The notes below the pieces were generated by a model. That model did no database searches and was not told the origin of the DNA. It saw only the letters and a program-made list of their open reading frames with translations. This document shows, in pieces, positions 1-9,185 of a stretch of DNA of 64,000 nt. The position numbers were made by a program, and so were the translations under genes. Each line of letters begins with the position of its first letter. Within the stretch, counting starts at the first letter, position 1. The DNA is taken from assembly GCA_965218795.1 (NCBI GenBank), contig OZ244653.1, positions 2,048,001-2,112,000 on the forward strand. Reading direction: 5' to 3'. The stretch comes from a bacterium (GTDB taxonomy: Bacteria > UBA8248 > JACPRG01 > G963555815).

Positions 1-2
1 TG

Positions 3-635
3 GAAACGCTGATCCGGGCTCTGGCGATCCTCCGACGCCAAGAAGGCGACCATTGCAGATGGAGACTCGTCATCATCGGTGGTGACGCGGAACCTCGTCA
101 GAAAGGAAACGGAACCCCCTCCGGGGAGGGTCCGCCGGTCGCGTGCGGGGAAACCAATGGATACAGGGCGGAAATCGTCCGCCTGATCCATGAGCTCGGC
201 ATGGAAGACCGGGTTTCATTCCTCGGGTCCAAGCCGCAGGACATTCTGGCTGATTATTATGCGGCCGCCGACTGTTGTGTATTCCCATCGGTTTATGAAA
301 CATTCGGCCTGGCCGTCATTGAGGCTTTGTCCTGCGGCAGCATGGTTGTGGCTTCCAATGTCGGAGGATACCCCCAGATTCTGGCTCAAGAGAATGCCGG
401 TCTCCTGGTTCCTCCAGGGGATTCCGGAGCTTTGGCGAGAGCGCTGGATCGAGTTTGCGCCAATCCCACGCTCAGGGAAGAATTGAGAAAGCGGGCGCCC
501 GCAGTCGGACAGCAATTCAACTGGAGCGATACGGCCGTGAAGCTGATGAAGGTTTACCGCTCTGTTCTTTCCTTTGACCCGGAGTGGGAGGACCTTTCTG
601 AGACACGCGGCGGGAGGATCGCTCTACGTGGCTGA
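3..635 (+). CDS. GT4 (GT-B) glycosyltransferase, MshA/BshA-like; 5' end lies outside the window
   Basis: Frame open from nt 3 (ETLIRALAIL..RLVIIGG) through the 201-635 ORF; C-terminal GT4 motif ADCCVFPSVYETFGLAVIEALSCG..VVASNVGG. Confidence 0.85.
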   Translation, partial: ETLIRALAILRRQEGDHCRWRLVIIGGDAEPRQKGNGTPSGEGPPVACGETNGYRAEIVRLIHELGMEDRVSFLGSKPQDILADYYAAADCCVFPSVYETFGLAVIEALSCGSMVVASNVGGYPQILAQENAGLLVPPGDSGALARALDRVCANPTLREELRKRAPAVGQQFNWSDTAVKLMKVYRSVLSFDPEWEDLSETRGGRIALRG

Positions 636-1311
636 ATGGCAGAAGATTTTGGTGATTGTAGCCCACCCGGACGATGCCGAGCTGGGGAGCGGGGGAAGCA
701 TCGCCCGCTGGATCAAAGAAGGCTCGACGGTGGATTATGTCATTGGCACAAACGGCAATAAGGGGACCAAAGACGAAACCCTTTCCCCGCACGAGCTGGC
801 GGATGTACGGGAAGCCGAGCAGCAGGCGGCGGCCGATCGAATCGGCGTCAACAAGGTTCACTTCCTCCGGTATAACGACGGCGAGCTTCGATCGGACGAA
901 GGGCTCATCATCCAACTGGCCATCCTCATTCGTCATTTTCAGCCCAATGCCGTTGTGACGCATGATCCATGGCGGCACTACAACCTGCATCCCGATCACC
1001 GGGCGCTGGGCATCGCAGTGACGGACGCCATCGTGGCCGCACGCGACCATCTCTTCCTTCCCGCGCTGTCCGTCATCGGGCTCGAACCCCATCACACTCC
1101 CAACGCCCTCTTCGCCCGGGCCGAGAATCCCAATTTCTTCGTGGACATCACGGAGACCCTGGATGACAAGATTGAATCGACGGCGCTGCACAAGTCTCAG
1201 ATGACCCATGTCAATGGATGGCGGGACCGGATACGGAAGCAGGCGGAAGAAATGGGGCGGGAAAGCGACCATCAATTCGCGGAAGGGTTCCATCTGCTTC
1301 ATATGAGGTAA
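628..1311 (+). CDS. PIG-L/LmbE family N-acetylglucosaminyl deacetylase (MshB/BshB-like)
   Basis: AHPDDAE and HPDH metal motifs; GTG start at 628 after GGGAGG, overlapping the upstream stop. Confidence 0.88.
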   Translation: MAEWQKILVIVAHPDDAELGSGGSIARWIKEGSTVDYVIGTNGNKGTKDETLSPHELADVREAEQQAAADRIGVNKVHFLRYNDGELRSDEGLIIQLAILIRHFQPNAVVTHDPWRHYNLHPDHRALGIAVTDAIVAARDHLFLPALSVIGLEPHHTPNALFARAENPNFFVDITETLDDKIESTALHKSQMTHVNGWRDRIRKQAEEMGRESDHQFAEGFHLLHMR

Positions 1312-1417
1312 CGGCTCACGGTCGCGCCGGGATAGACCGTCCTTATGGTAGCCCCCCTCGAAACCGGCGGTCTCCGGCGGTCTCCCGAGATCCGATTCGG
1401 ACGGAGCGTGGAAAGAC

Positions 1418-2467
1418 ATGCCCGGGGTCGGAATCACCGAAATTATCGTCCTATTGATTGTCGCGGCGCTGGCCTTCGACCCCAAATGGCTGGCTTGCGC
1501 GCAAAGAAGGGTCAGAAGGGACTGGAGGAAAATCCAAGAGGCCTTTCCGGCCCTTGCGGTCGGAGGCACGGATTCCGCCGATTTCGTTCTGTCGAGTCCT
1601 GTCGCGACTCCGGTCCCCGACATTCACGAGACGATTTTCGATCCCTCCCGCCGGCCGCTGGCATGCGCGGGGAATCCGCTGTCGAATCGACCCCATGATC
1701 ACACTCGGCGGTGGATGAGCCCCGGCCCGCCACCTCCTCCATCCGGAAACGGACCGGCCGACTCCGCACCTGAACATCGCGACGGGCCCTCAGACCTTTC
1801 AGTCAAAATGCGGTGGAATGAGTTCTTGAGGTATCTCAAGGACGACATCCTGTATGCGTCCAAAGCACCAGGCCGCTGGAAATCGCAGGATTGGCTGACC
1901 CGCGGCGGAGTCGCGGGGGGTATCGCCGCCTTGTCGTCTCTGGATGAACGCACCCGCGGGACGACCCGCGCCAATCAGTTCGATCGGGCCGGAATCTTCC
2001 GAACCTACGTCCAACCCTTTGGACGAAGCCAAACCCAACTGGCCGTCATCGCCGCCTTTCTGGCCGCCGGTAGAATGAAAGACAAATCCGAATGGATGGA
2101 TACGGGATTTCTGTGTCTCGAGGCCCTCGTATTGACGGGATGCACGGTCCTTCCCCTCAAGGTCATGCTCGGACGCAAACGTCCGCGGGATACCGCAAAC
2201 GCCTTCCATTTCGATTTATTCAGCTTCAAAAACAGCTCGTTCCCCTCCGGCGATACCACGTCCGCCTTTGCGATGGCCACTGTGATTGCGGGACGATTCC
2301 GCGCGCCTTGGGTCCGGTGGGTCGTCTATACGCTGGGTGGTCTTGTCGCAGCGGCTCGAATCTACCGGAGCCGTCACTGGCTCAGCGACACATTGGCGGG
2401 CATCGCTTTCGGCCAGACGATCGGGAAATATACGCTGATCCGGCACGGGGAGCGGATGGCTGAGTGA
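1418..2467 (+). CDS. PAP2-family membrane phosphatase with an N-terminal TatA/TatB-like transmembrane plus basic helix segment
   Basis: PAP2 motifs KVMLGRKRP, FPSGDT, ARIYRSRHWLSD; the first 25 aa are 13/25 identical (ungapped) to the TatB N-terminus at 2730. Confidence 0.75.
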   Translation: MPGVGITEIIVLLIVAALAFDPKWLACAQRRVRRDWRKIQEAFPALAVGGTDSADFVLSSPVATPVPDIHETIFDPSRRPLACAGNPLSNRPHDHTRRWMSPGPPPPPSGNGPADSAPEHRDGPSDLSVKMRWNEFLRYLKDDILYASKAPGRWKSQDWLTRGGVAGGIAALSSLDERTRGTTRANQFDRAGIFRTYVQPFGRSQTQLAVIAAFLAAGRMKDKSEWMDTGFLCLEALVLTGCTVLPLKVMLGRKRPRDTANAFHFDLFSFKNSSFPSGDTTSAFAMATVIAGRFRAPWVRWVVYTLGGLVAAARIYRSRHWLSDTLAGIAFGQTIGKYTLIRHGERMAE

Positions 2468-2503
2468 ACGGCCCCGAACCGGATGAATCCCGAAACTATT
2501 TAA

Positions 2504-2551
2504 CGTAATCATTACGAAAGCAATCATAATTGCCTGTAGCTTTTCCGTCAA
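2504..2551 (-). promoter_or_regulatory. Minus-strand sigma70-type promoter with a Fur/Zur-family-like palindrome over the predicted +1
   Basis: TTGACG(2551-2546)-N17-TATGAT(2528-2523); perfect 6-1-6 palindrome CGTAAT-C-ATTACG at 2504-2516. Confidence 0.5.
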
Positions 2552-2612
2552 ATCGCGTCGGCAGTAATCCACGACCCGGCTATTCAAGGCGTCCCTTGCG
2601 CGGATACAAGGT

Positions 2613-2641
2613 TTGCAATAAATTGAGTAGCTTTGTAAGGT
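2613..2641 (+). promoter_or_regulatory. Putative sigma70 promoter of tatB-tatC-pyrF-acyP
   Basis: TTGCAA-N17-TAAGGT about 90 nt upstream of the tatB start. Confidence 0.4.
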
Positions 2642-2729
2642 CTACCTTTCAGATTCATTGGGGGATTCGGCGCAAAACCGAAGCGGAACGTCAGCGTTGA
2701 CTCCCAATCCATAAAGGAAAACGACCAAA

Positions 2730-3221
2730 ATGTTCGGTATCGGCATGACCGAGGTTATCGTCATTTTGGTGATTGCCCTCCTCGTTATCGGTCCCAAAAA
2801 ACTGCCGGACGTCGCCCGGAGCATCGGGAAAGGCTTGCGTGAATTCCGCAGGGCCACGACCGATTTAAAAGAAGAGTTCCAGGGAGAAGGACTGGAAGAC
2901 CTGGACTTTGACGAGTCCGTCCCGGTCGACGATGATCAAAAGGGGAATGATAAGAAGGCGGAGGGCGCATCGGAAATGGAATCCGACCCACCGGAGGGCG
3001 GGGAACCTTCAGAGAATCAGATATTGCCGCCGGATGCTGCCCCTGAATCGGAATCCTCTCTAGACCGCGAAGCCGAATCATCCCCCGTCACGGCCGAGGC
3101 CTCTCCCGGGGGTTCCGACGCCATCACACCAGGAGACGCCTCCGAGGGCCAGGACCAGCTCAAGAGCGGCCCAAAGGAACCCTCCGTATCGGGGCCGGGG
3201 ACTTCCGCCGAACATGGCTGA
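2730..3221 (+). CDS. tatB: Twin-arginine translocase subunit TatB (TatA/B family)
   Basis: [26 protein letters not shown] amphipathic helix, long acidic tail, directly upstream of tatC. Confidence 0.85.
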   Translation: MFGIGMTEVIVILVIALLVIGPKKLPDVARSIGKGLREFRRATTDLKEEFQGEGLEDLDFDESVPVDDDQKGNDKKAEGASEMESDPPEGGEPSENQILPPDAAPESESSLDREAESSPVTAEASPGGSDAITPGDASEGQDQLKSGPKEPSVSGPGTSAEHG

Positions 3222-3957
3222 TGATGGCAAGAGGATGTCCCTGACGGGGCATCTGACCGATCTTCGCAAGGGCCTCGTCATCACCCTGATTGGAATCGCG
3301 GTCGGTTTCCTGGCCGCATGGAATTTTACGGACCCCATCCTGGAATTCCTACAGTCCCCGATCCGTCCGATACAGGCCAAGCTGCTGATCATCGCCCCGA
3401 CGGAAGCTTTCTTCACACAATTGAAGGTCTCGTTCATTTGCGGCGTCTTTCTCTCATTGCCCCTCACGCTGCATCAGATTTGGAGATTCGTCTCTCCGGG
3501 GCTTCACAAATCCGAACGGGGCCTGGCGTTTCCCTTTGTCATCCTTTCGACCCTCTGCTTTCTGATCGGCGCAACGTTCGCCTTCTACGTCGTCATGCCC
3601 CTTGGAATTCAATTTCTCGTTGGTTACGCCGGCGCCGCGTATCAGCCCAGCATCACGGTCGGAAATTACGTCTCCTTCACCATCAGGATGCTTTTGGTAT
3701 TCGGGCTGGTCTTCGAGATGCCCCTGGCTTCCTTCCTGATGACCCGCTTCGGGTTCCTGACCCCTAAGGTTCTCCGAAAAAATCGTCGCTATGCCATCGT
3801 TCTGATGTTCGGGGCGGCGGCGCTCCTCACCCCCCCGGATGTCTTCACGCAAGTCCTCATGGCCGGCCCGCTCATTGTTCTCTATGAGGTAAGCATCGGT
3901 ACGTCCAAGTTGGCGATGAAGCGGCGGCAGTTGCGGGAGACCGCCAATGAATCCTGA
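3214..3957 (+). CDS. tatC: Twin-arginine translocase subunit TatC
   Basis: [31 protein letters not shown] motifs; six TM helices. Confidence 0.96.
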   Translation: MADDGKRMSLTGHLTDLRKGLVITLIGIAVGFLAAWNFTDPILEFLQSPIRPIQAKLLIIAPTEAFFTQLKVSFICGVFLSLPLTLHQIWRFVSPGLHKSERGLAFPFVILSTLCFLIGATFAFYVVMPLGIQFLVGYAGAAYQPSITVGNYVSFTIRMLLVFGLVFEMPLASFLMTRFGFLTPKVLRKNRRYAIVLMFGAAALLTPPDVFTQVLMAGPLIVLYEVSIGTSKLAMKRRQLRETANES

Positions 3958-4702
3958 TGGGAAAGATGCAGCCGACCGGCTCATCGTCGCCCTGGATCAC
4001 CCCGATCTGCGGGACGCGGAGCGGCTGATGGACCGCCTTACAGGCGCGGTGGGGCTGTTCAAGATCGGGAGCGCCCTCTTTACACGATACGGGCCTTCGG
4101 CAATCGAGGCGGTCCAGCGTCGGGGAGGGAAGGTGTTCCTCGACCTCAAGTTCCATGACATACCCCAGACGGTCGGATTGGCTGCCGGCCAAGCGGCCGA
4201 AATGGGGGTCTTCATGTTCAACGTCCACGCCTCGGGCGGACCCTCCGTACTACGCGCGGCGGTGGAAGCGGTCTCCGATTCGGCCAAGCCTCCGATTCTC
4301 ATCGCCGTCACGGTTCTGACCAGCCTCGATGCGGGTGACTTGCACGCCGTCGGCTTTCGGGAGACCGCCGAGCAGTTGGTCATTCGTCTGGCGAGATTGA
4401 CGCGGGATTCCGGGCTGGATGGTGTCGTTGCCTCGCCTCGCGAGGTACGGGCCATCCGTGAAACCTGCGGAGATGATTTCTGCATCGTGACCCCCGGGGT
4501 CCGGCCGGCCGGGGCCGAGCGCTCTGCCCCGACGGACCAAAAGCGCATCGCCACGCCGGAAGACGCACTCGCCGAGGGGTCGGATTACCTGGTCGTAGGG
4601 CGCCCAATCAGCGGGGCGGACGACCCGGCTGCGGCGGCCGAATCGATCCTGGAGGAAATGACGCGCGGGATGCGCCGGCGGGGAACTTCGGGGAATCCGT
4701 AA
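3947..4702 (+). CDS. pyrF: Orotidine-5'-phosphate decarboxylase
   Basis: [38 protein letters not shown]. Confidence 0.97.
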   Translation: MNPDGKDAADRLIVALDHPDLRDAERLMDRLTGAVGLFKIGSALFTRYGPSAIEAVQRRGGKVFLDLKFHDIPQTVGLAAGQAAEMGVFMFNVHASGGPSVLRAAVEAVSDSAKPPILIAVTVLTSLDAGDLHAVGFRETAEQLVIRLARLTRDSGLDGVVASPREVRAIRETCGDDFCIVTPGVRPAGAERSAPTDQKRIATPEDALAEGSDYLVVGRPISGADDPAAAAESILEEMTRGMRRRGTSGNP

Positions 4703-4983
4703 TGTCCAAACCGCCAAGGGCGCGCGTGGTCATCCGCGGGCGTGTCCAGGGCGTCGGGTTCCGGTGGACCGCTGCTCGCGAGGCAACACGGCTGGGACTC
4801 TCCGGGTGGGTCAGAAACCGGCGGGACGGGGCCGTCGAGGCATTGGCGGAAGGAGAGGACCTGGAGATTTTTATCCAGTGGTGCGGGAAGGGACCGATGA
4901 CGGCTCGGGTCGAGGACGTCGAGGTTTATCCGGAAGAAAATGGTGAGCCTCTGGATGAGTTTACCATCCGGGCGGATCATTGA
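4702..4983 (+). CDS. acyP: Acylphosphatase
   Basis: [19 protein letters not shown] signature. Confidence 0.93.
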   Translation: MSKPPRARVVIRGRVQGVGFRWTAAREATRLGLSGWVRNRRDGAVEALAEGEDLEIFIQWCGKGPMTARVEDVEVYPEENGEPLDEFTIRADH

Positions 4984-5117
4984 TTTTCACCCGACCTGAC
5001 AGCAGGGGCGGCCCTCGGTGATTCGAATGGACCATCCGGCAGCGATTCACAAGCCTATCCTTCCCACGTCCGTTCAGACGTCAATCATCGGCCACCTCCT
5101 GTCCCAGGATGGGGAAC

Positions 5118-5708
5118 ATGGGCGAGTTCAAGGAATCTCAGCCTGGCAAACGTTTTGTCGGATGCATTCTCCGGAAATCCGACGATCCGACAGAAGCCCT
5201 GGCGACCCTCGCCGGCGAATACGGACCCGTTGACTGCACGAGCGACGCCCTGCCCTTCACCTCCACGGACTATTACTCCAAAGAGATGGGATCACCGCTG
5301 GTGCGCCAATTTTTCTCCTTCAAGCCGCTTGCCCCGGCCGACGCGCTGGTCGAGATGAGGCATTTCACCCAGGGCCTCGAAGAGGAGTTCGGTATCGGAG
5401 GGAACCGGCGATTCAACCTGGATCCGGGCCTTCTCTTTGCGGACCAGGTGGTGATTGCCACAACGAAAAATCACGCCCACAAGATCTATCTGGGGCGCGG
5501 GGTCTACGGAGACCTGACCTACCTTTTCCGGGAGAGGGCGTATCACCCGCTGCCGTGGACCTTCCCGGATCTCCGTTTGGACAACCGCCTCGACTTTTTC
5601 AGGAAAGTGCGTGAAATCCACATGAGTCAACGCCGGGGAACAACGGGACCGCGAGGGGAACAGGCGGTTGAAAGGTATGGGAAAACCCGCCAAACAGGAA
5701 TCACTTGA
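5118..5708 (+). CDS. DUF4416 family protein
   Basis: FTSTDYYSKEMG, RRFNLDPG, ATTKNHAHKIYLGRGVYGDL, PWTFPD. Confidence 0.8.
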   Translation: MGEFKESQPGKRFVGCILRKSDDPTEALATLAGEYGPVDCTSDALPFTSTDYYSKEMGSPLVRQFFSFKPLAPADALVEMRHFTQGLEEEFGIGGNRRFNLDPGLLFADQVVIATTKNHAHKIYLGRGVYGDLTYLFRERAYHPLPWTFPDLRLDNRLDFFRKVREIHMSQRRGTTGPRGEQAVERYGKTRQTGIT

Positions 5709-6126
5709 CGACGATGGACCCGAAGATTCCCTGCCTCCGAAAAAAATCCCCCTTCACGCCGGAAACGAAGTACCGGTAGGTTCCTGGCGTGAGAAAGGAG
5801 ATCGAGGCCACGGCGCCCGGCGCAAATGCGTTGGAGGTGAATGTCCCGTCCGGGGCCATGAAAAACCGTGTGGACGACTGAGAAGCAGCGGCTGTGTCTT
5901 CCCCTTCTGAAAAAACGACCGTCACAAAGGTCCGCGTGGAATTCAGCCAGATGACCGTCGAGCCGGGCTTGATCTGAATGGCGCTGGGAAGGATTCCCTT
6001 AGGATCCAGACGAATGATCTGTGGAACGCCAAATCCAGGCATGGCATCCTGGGAGAGAGCCAATCCGGGAGAGAGCGCGGTCCAAAGGATACACACGGGC
6101 AAAAGCTTTCGAAAGTTCCGTTTCAT
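5701..6126 (-). CDS. Secreted cupredoxin-fold protein lacking recognisable type-1 copper ligands
   Basis: Signal peptide MKRNFRKLL..ALS; PSAIQIKPGSTVIWLN, PGAVASISFLTPGTYRY, GSIVVK pattern. Confidence 0.6.
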   Translation of the reverse strand: MKRNFRKLLPVCILWTALSPGLALSQDAMPGFGVPQIIRLDPKGILPSAIQIKPGSTVIWLNSTRTFVTVVFSEGEDTAAASQSSTRFFMAPDGTFTSNAFAPGAVASISFLTPGTYRYFVSGVKGDFFRRQGIFGSIVVK

Positions 6127-6196
6127 CCGCAGCCTTTCCAAATCGAGCCACCGCATACTTGCGGCGAAGCCGGAAGTCAGGCGCCTCACCCGCGGC

Positions 6197-7486
6197 CTAC
6201 CAGGGGCGATGATGCCAGATCTCTTCACCGCGGTCGGGACCCGTTGAAACCACGTCCAATCGGACCCCCAAACGCTCAACAATGAAATCCAGATAACGAC
6301 GGGACTCCCGGGGAAGGTCCTCCGTCCGCCGGGCGCTCCGAGTGTCCGCGGCCCAACCCGGCATTCGCTCATATTCGGCCTGCAGGGAGCCCAGCCAAGA
6401 CGGGTTCTCGGGCCATTCGGACCTCCGTTGGCCCTTCACCCGATACTCCGTACAAACCCTCAGCTCCTCCAACCCATCCAGCACGTCCAGCTTCGTGACG
6501 GCCAGACCCGTTGCGCCGTTGACCCGAACCGCATAGGCAAGGGATACGAGGTCCAGCCAACCGCACCGTCTCGGCCGACCGGTCGTCGCACCGAATTCGC
6601 GGCCCCTCTCCCTCAGGCGCTCCCCGACCGAATCCGTCAACTCCGTCGGAAAAGGGCCTCCCCCCACCCGGGTGGAATAAGCCTTGACCACCGCCAACAC
6701 CTGCTGAATTCGGCCGGGGGCGAGACCCAGTCCGGTGCAGGCGCCGCCGGCAATCGTATTCGAAGAAGTGACGAAAGGATAGGTTCCGTGGTCCACGTCC
6801 AGCAAGGCCCCCTGCGCGCCCTCCAGCAAAATCCGGGCGTTGCGTCCCAAAGCCGCAGCCAGCTCCGATTCGACGTCCGCAATATAGAGGCGCAGCCGTT
6901 TCCCCAGCGCGCGGTAGGTATCCAAAAGGCGGGCGGGCTCCAGGTCCCCTGCATGGTCCGGCAATTGTTCCGCAATATGTGCCTTGAGACGGGTGGACAA
7001 CTCCAGTTTTTCGGAAAGCAGGTCGGGATCCAGCAGATCGAAAATCCGTATACCGATACGGGATATCCTGTCCGCATAGGCCGGCCCGATACCGCGCCGG
7101 GTGGTCCCGATCGACTGCTTCCCCCGGGCCGATTCCATCCAGGCTTCCTCGGCGCGATGGTAGGGGAATATCACGTGCGCTTTCCCGCTGATGCCCAATC
7201 GCCGCTCAACGTCGGTCCCCGAACCGTGAAGGGAATCGATCTCCTTCAATAATTCCTCCGGATCGACGACAACTCCGGGTCCGATGAGACACCGCACGTC
7301 CTCATGGAGAATTCCAGAGGGGATAAGATGGAACACCACCGGCTCGCCGTCTATGGATATTGTATGACCTGCATTGGCCCCCCCTTGAAATCGGAGGACC
7401 ATGTCGGCCCCTTCCGACAGCCGATCGATGATCTTTCCCTTTCCCTCATCACCCCATTGGGCGCCGATAACCGCCAGTGTCGGCAT
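6197..7486 (-). CDS. purA: Adenylosuccinate synthetase
   Basis: GAQWGDEGKGK, GGANAGHT, EGAQG, GATTGRPRRCGWLD, TKLDVL. Confidence 0.98.
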   Translation of the reverse strand: MPTLAVIGAQWGDEGKGKIIDRLSEGADMVLRFQGGANAGHTISIDGEPVVFHLIPSGILHEDVRCLIGPGVVVDPEELLKEIDSLHGSGTDVERRLGISGKAHVIFPYHRAEEAWMESARGKQSIGTTRRGIGPAYADRISRIGIRIFDLLDPDLLSEKLELSTRLKAHIAEQLPDHAGDLEPARLLDTYRALGKRLRLYIADVESELAAALGRNARILLEGAQGALLDVDHGTYPFVTSSNTIAGGACTGLGLAPGRIQQVLAVVKAYSTRVGGGPFPTELTDSVGERLRERGREFGATTGRPRRCGWLDLVSLAYAVRVNGATGLAVTKLDVLDGLEELRVCTEYRVKGQRRSEWPENPSWLGSLQAEYERMPGWAADTRSARRTEDLPRESRRYLDFIVERLGVRLDVVSTGPDRGEEIWHHRPW

Positions 7487-7487
7487 T

Positions 7488-8795
7488 TTACGGCTCCATC
7501 CGCTTCAGGACGCGGGGCAGGGATTGGACGGAAACATCCGCCCGCCTTCCGCGGTTCAAATCCACCACGCCCGCTTTCCCGGCGGGCACGCTTCTGTGCC
7601 CGAGCACCACCGCGAATCGGAAGCCTGTCCCCCTGGCGAACTCAAGGGAGTCGGACAGATTGCGATCAATGACGTCCCGTGCAACGCGGAATCCCCGATC
7701 CCTCAACTTTCGAGCCAGGGTCAAAACCCGGTCCTTCCGCTTTGAAAAGTCGATCAGAAGCACGTCGGGCCCGGATGGGGAGAACCGCCCTCCTTCCTGC
7801 TGCTTGATCGTCTCCAGAAGCCCCCCAACGTCAATGGCGAAACCCGTTGCCGGAACGGATGCTCCAAATCGGCCGATCAGGCTGTCATAGCGTCCCCCGC
7901 TGCAAATGGGGAACCCCGCGAGAGGGGAGAAAACCTCGAAGACCGTCCCGGTGTAGTAATTGAAACCCCGGACCTCGCTGAGATCGAAGGTGACGTCATC
8001 CGAAACTCCGTAGACACGGAGCATATCCAGTACCGCGGACAACCCCTCCATGGCAGCCTTCGTTTCCCGGCCCGGCAGGGCTTTGCGCACCCGATTCAGG
8101 ACTTCCGGCCCACCCACCCACTCCGGAGCCTGGAGGAGGGCAGCCCGGACCTTTGGAGAGACGTTCAGTCGTCCCACGAGGCGATCCAATGAGCTCAGAT
8201 CCTTCCGTGCCAGGGCCTCGCGGTAGGCGGCCACCCATTCCGGTGAAGCGTCGATCCGCTCCAGGACGCCGCGCAGAAAACCCATGTGTGTCAGGATGAG
8301 GGAGAAACCCTTCAACCCGCATGAACGCAGGCTCTCGACCGCCACGGCGATCACCTCGGCGTCCGCTTCCAACGATTCCAGGCCGATCAGTTCAATCCCG
8401 CTCTGATGAAACTCCTGTTGAATGCGTCCCTGAGAATGCACGTACCGGTAGATTCTCCCCGCATAGCAAAGCCGGATCGGGAGGGGGCGGGTTTTGAGCG
8501 AAGTCGCTGCCAAGTGGGCGATTTGGGGGGTGATGTCCGAGCGCAGCGTGAGCAGCTCACCCGTCTCCCTGTCGATGATCTTGAACAGGTCTCCCAACGT
8601 CTGATGACCCAACCCGCGAGCCACGGTTTCGTAGTAATCCAGCGTGGGGGTGACAATTTCCTGGAACCCCCACCGAAGGAAAACTTCGAGAAGCTGAGAC
8701 TCCACCGCCCGTTTTCGCCCGGCTTCAGGCGGGAGATAGTACCGCACTCCCTTGGGAAGGCCGGGGCGGGGGGGGGCATTTTCCCGGTTTTCCAT
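7488..8795 (-). CDS. hisZ: ATP phosphoribosyltransferase regulatory subunit HisZ
   Basis: HisRS-like: LRSDITPQIA, RLCYAGRIYR, QSGIELIG, YYTG, SGGRYDSLIG, PATGFA; hisZ-purA synteny; start set at MENREN. Confidence 0.88.
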   Translation of the reverse strand: MENRENAPPRPGLPKGVRYYLPPEAGRKRAVESQLLEVFLRWGFQEIVTPTLDYYETVARGLGHQTLGDLFKIIDRETGELLTLRSDITPQIAHLAATSLKTRPLPIRLCYAGRIYRYVHSQGRIQQEFHQSGIELIGLESLEADAEVIAVAVESLRSCGLKGFSLILTHMGFLRGVLERIDASPEWVAAYREALARKDLSSLDRLVGRLNVSPKVRAALLQAPEWVGGPEVLNRVRKALPGRETKAAMEGLSAVLDMLRVYGVSDDVTFDLSEVRGFNYYTGTVFEVFSPLAGFPICSGGRYDSLIGRFGASVPATGFAIDVGGLLETIKQQEGGRFSPSGPDVLLIDFSKRKDRVLTLARKLRDRGFRVARDVIDRNLSDSLEFARGTGFRFAVVLGHRSVPAGKAGVVDLNRGRRADVSVQSLPRVLKRMEP

Positions 8796-8888
8796 CGGGT
8801 CGATCTCTTTCAATCCTTCGTCTCCGGCCCCCGAGGGCTCCCCGCCAACTTCCTGCGGGGACAAGCTTAGTCGGGGATCATACCGCAT

Positions 8889-9139
8889 GGATTCCCGCTT
8901 TCGCGGGAATGACGGACGATGGCCGCGTGCACCCCCAGTCTGTCATTCCCCAGGCCCCCTTCCCTGTCATTCCTGCGCAAGCAGGAACCAGGGTTGGCTG
9001 AGTCGTTTGTCATTCCCCCAAGCCCCAGTCCGGCGCGGAAGCCTCCGGCGGGAATGACGGAAGAGGACCGCGTGGACCCCTAACCGGTCATTCCTGCTAC
9101 AACCTGTCCCGAGAACATGGGCCTTCGGGACAGCATCCA
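8889..9139. repeat. Cluster of REP/dRS3-like palindromes (GTCATTCCyGC..GCrGGAATCCA family)
   Basis: GGATTCCCGCTTTCGCGGGAATGAC 8889-8913; GTCATTCCTGCGCAAGCAGGAACCA 8966-8990; further half-copies near 8942, 9009, 9048 and 9087. Confidence 0.8.
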
Positions 9140-9185
9140 TTCACCAGGGGACAACTTGGCTCGTCAAGGAAGCTGACGGCTTGCG

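Noticed and set aside
8796-8888. N-terminal extension of HisZ from the ORF track
   Set aside because: Low-complexity, abuts the REP cluster and shows no HisZ-like sequence; start placed at 8795
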